Of a stretch of 64,000 nucleotides of DNA, positions 13,101-24,000 are shown piece by piece. The notes beneath the pieces were generated by a model. The model was given only the letters and a program-made list of their open reading frames with translations, did no database searches and was not told the DNA's origin. This DNA comes from Ruditapes philippinarum. Its lineage: Eukaryota. The position numbers and the translations under genes were made by a program. The number at the start of each line of letters is the position of its first letter. Position 1 is the stretch's first letter. The stretch spans positions 1 through 64,000 of the forward strand of contig NW_026862689.1 in assembly GCF_026571515.1 (NCBI RefSeq). Direction: 5' to 3'.

Positions 13101-15854
13101 CTACCTGATGTCAAATTTTCTGCCACCTTCTAGTAGAAATGGATTATTGATATATCTCTGTATAACAAATGCTTTACTCTGATCATCTACATAATGTAGT
13201 AAGGCATGTACATCGTCTGATATCATAATTCCATCCCCTATATAATACAGAAACCATTACTCAATATTTCCTTCAAGCAAATATTAAACAATAGTAATCA
13301 AAGGATTGCTGGCCGGATGAGTTCAAACCTCGTCAGGGGCAAGCCAATGTTTCTTTGAGCAAGAAAGTTTACATTCATTTTCGCTTAGTACTGGTTAGTT
13401 CTGGGAATGGATTTGAGAGTGTTTTAATAAGCTTATAGCGTTCAACACAATCAAACTAAAATAAATTCATATAAACTTAATATTTAGCATGATGACCAAC
13501 AAATGTGATAACATTAACAAAGACCTATCAAAAGTTTGAGAAATAAATTTACTCTTACACTGCTGGCAGAAACTGAATATACCCAGGCAACCAGTGCAGA
13601 CCATCCCTGTTGTCTGACCATGGTCAGTACTGTTTGCTGTTCAGATAAAAACAAAAACCTAACAACAAGGTTGCTTTTAACTTGGATAAAAATTAAACCT
13701 AACGGGATATACAATGTATGTATTAAAAAATATCTAAATAAGCAAAGATGTATACCCTTGGCTCCTGCAGTATGTTTGGCTATCCATATCACAGATTCTT
13801 CTTCCTTTACCATTTGAGTGTAAGCCTCCAACAACTCACCTCGGTCATCTGGCTTCTCCCCTCGTACTAAAACTGACGAGTTACGTAAACTTGTATGCAC
13901 AACATTCTTCGGAACTATTCGGAATGATTGGGGCAACCATTTTGGATAGCTGTATTTGACTACACTACAGTATTCTTTAAACACTCTAAAAAGTAAGTAT
14001 ATTTAATGAGACTGAATATATGTCATACCAATTAATAAGAATGTATATTTTCAAAGTTAATACATATATTGTTCAATTTTTTAAAATTTTACGTTTGAAG
14101 TTCAAAATTTGTCTATTATCAAATTAGGTGTGCCATAGTACATAGCCCATTCAAACTGCATGGACCTGCACCCTGACCTGGTTCTAATACTTGCAGCATA
14201 GCTATAATTTTCAGTTCTAGCATTTTACAATTAATCATATGAATTCTTTGAATCCCGACAGATTCCCGACATTGCTGTAGATTCCCGACAGGGGACTTTG
14301 GATTCTTTCATGTGAGGAAGCTATCTGGCTAGCTTATGGAACATCAGTGGTTCTACTCAGGTGCCCGTTCGTGCCTGAAATAATGCATGGAAGGGCACCT
14401 GGGGTCTCCCTCACCAGTATAGCTGGAACGATGCAATATGACCTATACTGTGTCAATGTGACGTAACATCCAAAACAAACAAACAAATCATATGAATTCA
14501 AAGTAAAGAAGTTTTTTATGCATGAAATATAAATATTTTCCTTACATTCATGTAAAACAAATGCTCTCGACTTAAAATGAAATCTATCTCTTAATAGTTA
14601 TTCTAAGAGTAAAAATGAACATGTTCACTTAACTCTTTGCCGGCTAGAGGAAAATGATTCTATTAATGGGATCAGTGCAGACAAAGAGCAGACAACTCTT
14701 CTGTGCAATTTGAATTCATTTGATCATGATCTGCACTCTTGGCTATTCAGTTAGTATTACATATAAATGTAATACATTTTTAAATTATCAATTAAAAAGA
14801 TGAATGGTTTTGTGCATATTGAAAGCGTGATAAGTCCATTTAATATATAAGGGTCCAGATCAAACTACATTATTAGTTATTAAGATTTTTGAAAGGTTAA
14901 ATGGCCCTATATACACGGTTGTTTAAAAATATAACCTGAGCCGCTAGATGAGAGTTATATTGCAAACACCATTTATATATGACCATATAACCTGTCAGAA
15001 ATATTAATAAGTTATTTATAATACAGCAAGCATCTTTTTTTTTAAGAGTAAAAAGTGAGATTTCTCCATCAAATGACAGAAGCTGTGTATATAAAACTAT
15101 ATTAACATCACGATTATCCAATGAAAAGCGACGTTACAGACGTGCAGTATTATAAATCTACTAGTAACAGTTTTGTTAGCATTACTATTCCTACAACAGA
15201 TACCTATGTAGTACATGTATGTATTGGCAACTTACTTCACTAATGCTGTTTTTCTACAGAGGATATCAGAGCCTCTATAATAGTTGACAAGTTGAACTTT
15301 TCCTGGATCATGACCTGTAAAACACATGTAGTTAAATCTTAATAAAAACTAAACACTCATTGTCAAAGAGTTACAGAAAAGAGGACCAAAATTAAGTGAA
15401 ATTCATCATATTATTGTGTTTGGTTCTGGGGTATGGAATAAACCATTATTACTGCTTTCAACTAACATGTAACTTACCTACTGTTTTTCTTTAATGGGCA
15501 AGTCCTGCTTTGAAATTTGAACATACCAGGACGAATGAGGCAAAACATTATTTATTGCTATCTCTGTAACATATATGTAAACCTAACAACAAATAAATCA
15601 TTCTAATTAAAGTAGATATATTCTGCATTTTAATGTATGATTTATGGAAATTTCCTTCAATTGTAAGGATCTGATATTTACTTACCAAGTCTACCAAAAG
15701 GAAGTTTATTCCTTTCTCCAAACATCAAGTGGAAAGAAACAGAATTTGAAGGAAGCTTTTTCCAGTCATTCCCTCTCTCTTCCAGGAGATATTTTGATAC
15801 TGCTTTATACACCGAACTGTTGACATCTCTTCTAACAAAGCCATATTGTTCCAT
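7130..15854 (-). CDS. TTL: Tubulin--tyrosine ligase
   Basis: Coding exons 15854-15686, 15314-15236, 13985-13756, 13237-13105, 12412-12212, 9975-9882, 8853-8735 and 7238-7130 total 1134 nt (377 aa). Diagnostic TTL motifs are present: [94 protein letters not shown]. Probable non-coding exon 1 ends at the donor at 20993/20992. Confidence 0.95.
7784..8590 (-). mobile_element. Degenerate Helentron-associated (HINE) element with an inserted SINE
   Basis: Sub-terminal inverted repeat ATACCCCCACC (7811) / GGTGGGGGTAT (8577); AACTAG end; decayed satellite-like body. Confidence 0.55.
8358..8576 (-). mobile_element. tRNA-derived SINE (Meta/MESC-like core)
   Basis: Reverse complement of the 14280-14490 family (CCAGCTTTACTGGTGGAGGAAGACCTC...GCTAGCTGGATAGCTTCCTCACATG); B-box-like GGTTCGAATC on the minus strand. 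Confidence 0.7.
8909..9383. mobile_element. hAT-type MITE with 8-bp TSD ATTAAGAC
   Basis: TIR TAGTGATG...CATCACTA; ATTAAGAC at 8901-8908 and 9384-9391. Confidence 0.8.
10143..11430 (-). mobile_element. HINE/pearl-type non-autonomous Helentron with a 166-bp satellite array (~6.5 units)
   Basis: subTIR GCTCGACTATTCG (10169) / CGAATAGTCGAGC (11415); terminal hairpin ACTGTC-GGAG-GACAGT; (GACGCC)n; units start at 10282, 10450, 10616, 10782, 10948, 11114 and 11280. Confidence 0.85.
12490..12706 (-). mobile_element. SINE (Meta/MESC-like), diverged copy
   Basis: Aligns by eye to the reverse complement of 14280-14490. Confidence 0.65.
13310..13475 (+). mobile_element. tRNA-derived SINE (CORE-like); related copies near 11440-11620 (-) and 25230-25420 (+)
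   Basis: B-box-like GAGTTCAAACC; CTTAGTACTGGTTAGTTCTGGGAATGGATTTGAG core; A-rich tail. Confidence 0.55.
14280..14490 (+). mobile_element. SINE (Meta/MESC-like core) with (AAAC)n tail
   Basis: GGAAGCTATCTGGCTAGCTTATGGAAC...GGGCACCTGGGGTCTCCCTCACCAG...ATATGACCTATACTGTG...CAAACAAACAAA; three copies in the window. Confidence 0.7.
14633..14896. mobile_element. Degenerate TTAA-flanked (piggyBac-like) MITE; fragments of the same family occur elsewhere
   Basis: TTAA|CTCTTT...AAAGG|TTAA, with an internal AGTGCAGAC...GATCTGCACT inverted repeat. Confidence 0.4.
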
Positions 15855-16513
15855 GGTATCTCTATAAAAAATCTCAATATAATCATATACAAGGACACTT
15901 TTCTCATATAACATATAAAAGGTGACATTACTCTGCAAACATGCTTATCAGACTAACTTGCACTTGTTAGTCAACAATTATTTCAAATTTAAAGTGAACA
16001 CTAATTAAATAAATATTTCAAGTTTGAAGTAAATACCTTCAACGGTTTTTGAGAAAAAAGGGAAATAATGAAGCAAAAATGACTTTAAGGATTATCACCC
16101 CTTTAAAAATGCATGTCAAATTTGATAGTGAACAAGTACTCTAAGACAGTTTCTTTGAGAAATGTCCCTTAAAAAAAGAGACTAAAATAAGTGTTGGAGC
16201 ACTCACTACAATGTAAATACTGTATTCTGGTATATACCAGACAAGGTGCTTGAATGATTAAATGCTTAAATATTGTCTTTTTACTCAATGGAATAAACTT
16301 ATAAATGTCTAAGTCATCTCTTCACGCCAATTTATATACAATAATGAATAAAAAATGTAAGAATCAGTGAAAAAAGTGATATTTTTCTACTTTGTGATCA
16401 TGATTTCTGCAAGTGTCTATACTAGAATAGGTACTGCTCCAACACTGTAGTGAGTTAAATCTTAATCAAAAAGTTAAACCAAAAACGTAAGTCAGTAGGG
16501 GGTATAACTCTGA

Positions 16514-18281
16514 AACAAGAGGGCCATGATGGCCCTGAGGTCGCTCACCTGTATATAGCCCCCCCCCCCCCCCCCCCGGCCCAATTTTTACCCAAGGGCT
16601 TTTATTTGTTTATTTGAACAGACTTGGTAGACACCCATAAGAAGATGTTTCATGCAAAACATCTAAGTTCTAGCTCATTGGGTTTTTTAAAAGAAGATTT
16701 TTTAAGTTTTTACTATACACATAGAGTAAAAAACAATGACACCCCTCGGGCAGGGCCAGTTTTGACCCCTGGGCTTTTATTTGAACAAACTTTGTAGATA
16801 TTTACTTAAAGATGTTTCATGCTTAATATCTAAACTCTAGTTATTTGGGTTTTTTTAAAGAAGATTTTTTAAGTTTTTGCTATGTATATAAGGAAAATCA
16901 ATGACCCCCAGGGCGGGGCCAGTTTTGACCCCAGGGCTTTTATTTGAACATACTTGGTAGACACCCATTAGAACATGTCTCATGCTAAATATCTTAGCTC
17001 TAGCTCTTTGGGTTCTTTAAAAGAAGATTTTATAAGTTTTTACTATATGCATATAAGGAAAATCAATGACCCCTGGGGAGGGGCCAATTTGGACCCCAGG
17101 GGTTTTTATTTGAACAAACTTGTAGACATTCACTAGAAGATGTTTCATGCCAAATATATAAGCTTTAGCTCTTACAGTTCTTTAAAAGAAGATTTTTTAA
17201 GTTTTTACTATATGCATATAGGGAAAATCAATGACCCCCTGGGCGGGGCCAATTTTGACCCCAGGGCTTTTATTTGAACAAACTTGGTAGACATTTACTA
17301 GAAGATGTTTTATGCCAAATATCTAAGCTCTAGCTCTTACGGTTCTTTAAAAGAAGATTTTTTAAGTTTAAACTATATGCATATAGGGAAAATCAATTAC
17401 CCCCAGGGCGGGGCCAATTTTGACCCCAGGGCTTTTATTTGAACAAACTTGGTAGACATTCACTAGAAGATGTTTCATGCCAAATATCTAAGCTCTAGCT
17501 CTTTGGGTTGTTTAAAAGAAGATTTTTTAAGTTTTTACTTTATGCATATAGGGAAAATCAATGACCCCCTGGGGCGGGGCCAATTTTGACCCCAGGGCTT
17601 TTATTTGAACAAACTTGGTAGACATTCACTAGAAGATGTTTCATGCCAAATATCTAAGCTCTAGCTCTTACAGTTCTTTAAAGGAAGATTTTTTAAGTGT
17701 TTACTATATGCATATAGGGAAAATCAATGACCCCCCGGGCGGGGCCAATTTTGACCCCAGGGCTTTTATTTGAACAAACTTGGTAGAACACTCACTAGAA
17801 GATGTTCCATGCCAAAAATCTTAGCTCTAGCTCTTACAGTTCTTTAAAAGAAGATCTTTTAAGTTTTTACTATATGCATATAGGGAAAATCAATGACCCC
17901 CCGGGGGCGGGGCCAATTTTGACCCCAGGGCTTTTATTTGAACAAACTTGGTAGACACTCATTAGAAGATGTTTCATGCCAAATATCTAAGCTCTAGCTC
18001 TTAGGGTTGTTTAAAAGAAGATATTTAAAGATTTTTCTTTCGGTTGCCATGGCAACCAGAGTTCTGCATGGAATTAAATTCTTTGAACAATTTTTAAAGG
18101 TGACCACCAAAGGAACATTCCTGTGAAGTTTGGATGAAATTGGCTCAGTGGTTTATGAGGAGATGTCATTTAAAGCAAAAGTTTACGGACGGACGACGGA
18201 CGACGGACGGACGGACGGACGGACGCCGGACGAAAAGCGATCACAAAAGCTCACCCTGTCACTTTGTGACAGGTGAGCTAA
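16514..18281 (-). mobile_element. HINE element with a ~165-bp satellite array (~8-9 units) and a (GGAC)n microsatellite
   Basis: Terminal hairpin AGGGCCAT-G-ATGGCCCT; subTIR GCTCACCTG / CAGGTGAGC; GGAAAATCAATGACCCC-like motif at 16892, 17057, 17222, 17387, 17552, 17718 and 17884. Confidence 0.85.
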
Positions 18282-18975
18282 AAATAGATTAAAAAGTTAG
18301 CTGCCCTTTAAAAATGCACTCTAATTTAAAAACTGGAAAAGCATTTCAAGTTTGAAGTGCTTTAAGACATTGTCACAGTTTTTGAGAAATTTACCTTAAA
18401 ATCTTTTTATGTCAAATATCACTTATCTTGGCATTGTAACTTAACAATAGAAGACCTAAATGCAAGTTGAAATATACTAAGTTACCCCAGTAAAGGGGCC
18501 CATTTTTGATACCCAGGCACGATTTATACCGGTATAAATTGAGACATTTCAACTTAATAAGTCTATGTAAAATAAGTGAACCCCAAACTGGGCCATTTTT
18601 GACCCCTGGGGGGCATGACTTATATAACTTTTGTAGATGTCCACTGGGCATTGTGACATGCCAAATATCTAAGGTCCAGGTAAAGAAGTTTCATAAAGAC
18701 TTTATTGTATTTTCCTATACAAGTCTATATTAACTACCCGACCAATGAGTAGCGCCAATTTTGACCTAAAGGAAATGATATATATAACTTTTGTAGAGGA
18801 TCACAAGGTGATGCTTCATGCAAAATAATTAAGCTCTTGGGATTTCTATTTCAAGAAAGAAAATTTTTAAGACATTTTCCCGATACATGTCTCTGAAAAA
18901 TAAGTGACCCCAGGGGCATGACTTATGTAACATTTGTAGAGGCTATTAGCAATGCTTCATGCCAAATAATATTAA

Positions 18976-20570
18976 TACAAGAATTTGTAACAGAGTTACC
19001 AACGTCCCCCGCCTCGTTAAGTTTTATATGAAGCATGAAATTGTGCTATTTCAAAAGATTGAGGTATGGATCTCAGGACATTCAGTCCAAAATTATGATC
19101 AATGCTAGATCTGCAAATGCAACAATAAATTTGTTAAAAAAATAAAATGAAACACGGAATTTAAAAATCTATCATGTTAAGCTTTGACCTCCAAGTGTGA
19201 CCTTGACCTTGGAGGTAGGGATGCAGGTGTTGTGCATGACATAACGCCTTATTATTGAGACTATTTGTGCCAAGTATTTTCAAAATCCCTTAAACTATGA
19301 AGAAGTTATAGATTGGACACAAAATATACCCTATAACAGACTAAGTAAATCTTTGACCTCTAAGTGTGACCTTGACCTTAGAGGTAGGGACACAGATGTT
19401 ACGTATGACATATCATCTAATCATTGTGGCTATTTGTGCCAAGTATTTTCAAAATCCCTTAATCTATGAAGAAGTAATGGACGGGACACAAAATATACCA
19501 AATAACAGACTCTGTTAACCTTTGACCTCTAAGTGTGACCTTGACCTTGGAGGTAGGGGTGCAGGTGTTGTACTTGACATATCGTCTTATTATTGTGACT
19601 ATTTGTGCCAAGTTATTTCAAAATCCCTTGAACTATGAAGAAGTTCTAGATCCGACACAAAATATACCCTATAACAGACTATGTTAATTTTGACCTTTAA
19701 GTGTGACCTTTACCTTGGAGGTAGGGATGCAGGTGTTGCGCATGACACATCCTCTTTTTATAGTGACTATTTTGTACGAAGTATTTTCAAAATCCTTTGA
19801 TCTATGAAAAAGTTATGGACCGGACACATAATATACCCAGTAACAGACTATGTAAGTATTTGACCTCCAAGTGTGACCTTGACCTTGGAGGTAGGTGACC
19901 GGTTTTTGCGCATGACACATCGTCTGATTATTGTGAACAATTATGGCAAATATTTACAAAATTCCTTCATAGATAAGAAAGTTATGGACCGAACACGACA
20001 TATACCCTCAAATAGACAATGTTGACCTTGAATGAGCAAGTGCAACCTTGACCCTGGAGGTAGGGGTCTGGTTGTTGTGCATGACACATCCTCTTATTAT
20101 AACAAACATTTGTGCTAAGTTATTTCAAATTCCTTTGATAAATGACAAAGTTATGGACCGGACACGAAATATACCCAGTAACAGACTATGTTAATATTTG
20201 ACCTCCAAGTGTGACCTTGACCTTGAAGGTAGGTGACTGGTTTTTGGGCATGACACATCGTCTGATTATTGTGAACAATTATGACAAGTATTTACAAAAT
20301 CCCTTCATAGATAATAAAGTTATGGACCGGACACAACATATACCCTCAAATAGACAATGTTGACCTTGAATGAGCAAGTACGACCTTGACCCTGGAGGTA
20401 GGCGCATGACACATCATCTTATTGTGCCAAGTTATTTCCAATTCCTTTCATAAATGACAAAGTTATGGACCGGACATGAAAGTGTGACGGACGGACGGAT
20501 GGACAGACGGACGGACGGACGGAGCCTTTTTCTATATCCCCCTTTTTTCTTCGAAAAGGCGGGGGACAAT
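18976..20570 (-). mobile_element. HINE element with a ~169-bp satellite array and (GGAC)n
   Basis: subTIR GTCCCCCGCC (19004) / GGCGGGGGAC (20558); TTGACCTCCAAGTGTGACCTTGACCTT recurs about every 169 bp. Confidence 0.85.
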
Positions 20571-20992
20571 TAAAGCTCTTCTCAGACTTCTGAGGCTATA
20601 TTGGCATTCATGGTTGTTTTACAAAAGATGCAAAACAGGAGGGGGGAGAGGTAGCAGCCCCAAATAAGCTAGTCTGCTAATATTATTAGTATTACATGAT
20701 CCAGTACACTAGATGTGTTAAACATACAAAATGGATATTAAAGACACAATGTTTTATGCTATTTTATGTGAATAACATAGCTAGGACTATACGTACGAGT
20801 ACATGTTTACATCCGCACCGATCGATAGTTACAAGCATTTCTGGCCAGTAACTACGTTTATTTGCATAAAGTAACGGAAATATTAATACCCATTATTAAT
20901 GTCAAACATTTACTTTAATTTTGTAACAATCAATATCTTAATATTACTCTTAAGCATTAAAAAATTTACAATAAACGGGATCCGCTTCTTAC

Positions 20993-21094
20993 CGTTCTTG
21001 AATATTACTCTTCACAAAGAAGATTTTTCATTCGTCCAGTTTCCCAGAAAAATTGAAAAATTTATCTAATTGTTCTTAGTATCTAAAAGTCACG
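20993..21094. promoter_or_regulatory. Compact bidirectional promoter region, TTL / DNAJC17
   Basis: A minus-strand donor (AACG|GTAAGA at 20993/20992) lies ~100 bp from the DNAJC17 ATG (21095); TTCCCAGAA core near 21041. Confidence 0.55.
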
Positions 21095-24000
21095 ATGAGT
21101 AAAAAGCTTGATATAACAAAGGAAGATTTGTATGGGATCCTTGATGTGGATGAAACAGCTACAGAAAAAGAAGTAATATGTCAAAAATTTCAATTGTCAC
21201 ATAATTTCGCGAAGATGTGTAATTTTTGTTTACAATGTTAAAATAATGATTAATCAAACCACAGTGATGATGCACATTTTTAAGGCATCAAAGTACAGAA
21301 TACTATGTCCACTGGTTTAAATTTTTTTAAAATACGCGTTTGCTAATTTTGTAAGATAATCTTTTTTCTTCCAAAATATTTCAACAACTTTCATAACTTG
21401 ATAACTACACAAGATCATGAAGATGGTCTATTTAATATAAGGAATAGTAGCTAGTATCCTTCTACTTTTTGTTTGGTGTTATACTCAATTTCAGTTACCC
21501 ATTAGTAAGAATAATCAATGCTTCACTGTATTTTTCTGTTGATAAATAATTCAATGATAGATCTAACATAATTTTGAAACAAACCATTACTGTACAGTAA
21601 TTTTGACCAGTTATTAATTGTTAAGTAAATAAGTATGAAATTAGACAACGGCTCTATGAATGGGGAAGTCGTTGAAAAATTTGTACAATTTCCTGTGTTA
21701 AAGGTGTAATTCAATATTTCATGATGCCTGCTACCGTTTTCAATCTGAAAACCTCGACGATTATTATAAAGCCCAACTGTTGAAATCGTTCTGTTATCAG
21801 AATGCCCCTCCTATTATCATTGAGTTACATTGAAAATTGCCACGCCCAATTTGAAATGACACTCAAAATTTCAGTGATGGGTATAGAAATCTATATATTT
21901 TTTGCAGTCCTGGTCTTTGAATTCTCGTTTTAAAATTCATCCAAAACAGAAACAGGTGTTAATGTCATAAACTATGCTGTGATTTCATAAAATTTGGACA
22001 TATTTCATACTCACTGCAGTTATGAGAAAAACATCATGCAATTAACAGTTATAAACAAAACTTATCGAAATTTTGTATTGTAGTTTTTACCATCAGTCTG
22101 TCCACTCACTGCACTTTCAATGTGATAGTTTTATATTTGTACAAAAATAGTCATTTAAAGATGATTTTACTTTATGTTCATCCCCACATGTCAGGGTCTT
22201 AACATCATTTTTAGCTCGACTATTCGATAAGAATAAGTAGAGCTATTGCAGTCACCCGAGCGTCGGCGTAACCACTTATGTTAAAGTTTTTGTAATAGTT
22301 CAAATATTTTCAAAGTCCATAGACATATGGCTTTGAAACTTTGCACACTTGTTCACCATCATGACCCCAACCTGTAGACAGGAGGAGGTAACTCTATCAA
22401 GCATTTTGACAGAATTATGCCCCTTTTTCGACTTAGAATTTACGTTAAAGTTTTTGTAATAGTTCAAATATTTTCAAAGTCCATTGACATATGGCTTTGA
22501 AACTTTGCACACTTGTCCAACATCATGATCCCAACCTGTAAACAGGAGGAGGTAACTCTATCAAGCATTTTGACAGAATTATGCCCCTTTTTCGACTTAG
22601 AATTTACGTTAAAGTTTTTGTAATAGTTCAAATATTTTCAAAGTCCATTGACATATGGCTTTTAAACTTTGCACACTTGTTCACCATCATGACCCCAACC
22701 TGTAAACAGGAGGAGGTAACTCTATCAAGCATTTTGACAGAATTATGCCCCTTTTTCGACTTAGAATTTACGTTAAAGTTTTTGTAATAGTTCAAATATT
22801 TTCAAAGTCCATTGACATATGGCTTTGAAACTTGGCACACTTGTTCATCATCATGACCCCAACCTGTAGACAGGAGGAGATAACTGTATCAAGCATTTTA
22901 ACAGAATTATGCCCCTTTTTCGACTTAGAATTTACGTTAAAGTTTTTGTAATAGTTCAAATATTTTCAAAGTCCATTGACATTTGGCTTTGAAACTTTGC
23001 ACACTTGTTCACCATCATGACCCCAACCTGTAAACAGGAGGAGGTAACTCTATCAAGCATTTTGACAGAATTATGCCCCTTTTTCGACTTAGAATTTACG
23101 TTAAAGTTTTTGTAATAGTTCAAATATTTTCAAAGTCCATTGACATATGGCTTTGAAACTTGGCACACTTGTTCACCATCATGACCCCAACCTGTAGACA
23201 GGAGGAGATAACTGTATCAAGCATTTTAACAGAATTATGCCCCTTTTTCGACTTACAATTTACGTTAAAGTTTTTGTAATAGTTCAAATATTTTCAAAGT
23301 CCATTGACATTTGGCTTTGAAACTTTGCACACTTGTTCACCATCATGACCCCAACCTGTAAACAGGAGGAGGTAACTCTATCAAGCATTTTGACAGAATT
23401 ATGCCCCTTTTTCGACTTAGAATTTACGTTAAAGTTTTTGTAATAGTTCAAATATTTTCAAAGTCCATTGACATATGGCTTTGAAACTTGGCACACTTGT
23501 TCACCATCATGACCCCAACCTGTAGACAGGAGGAGATAACTGTATCAAGCATTTTAACAGAATTATGCCCCTTTTTCGACTTAGAATTTACGTTAAAGTT
23601 TTTGTAATACCTCAAATATTTTCAAGGTCCATTGACATTTGGCTTTGAAACTTTGCACACTTGTTCACCATCATGACCCCAACCTGTAAACAGGAGGAGG
23701 TAACTCTATCAAGCATATTTTTACTATCAAGCACTAAGAATAGTCGAGCGTTGCTGTCCTACCGACAGCTCTTGTTATAATTCACAGATTACAAAGTCCT
23801 ACAGAAAGCAAGCTTTGAAATGCCATCCTGACAAGAATCCAGATAATCCAAAAGCAGGTAATGTTGTGCTTTTTAGCTTGACTATTCATTAAGAATAAGT
23901 AGAGCTATTGCAGTCACCCGAGCGTCGGCGTCCGCGTCAGCGTCGGCGTGACCACTTGTGTTAAAGTTTTTGTAATAGTTCAAATATTTTCAAAGTCCAT

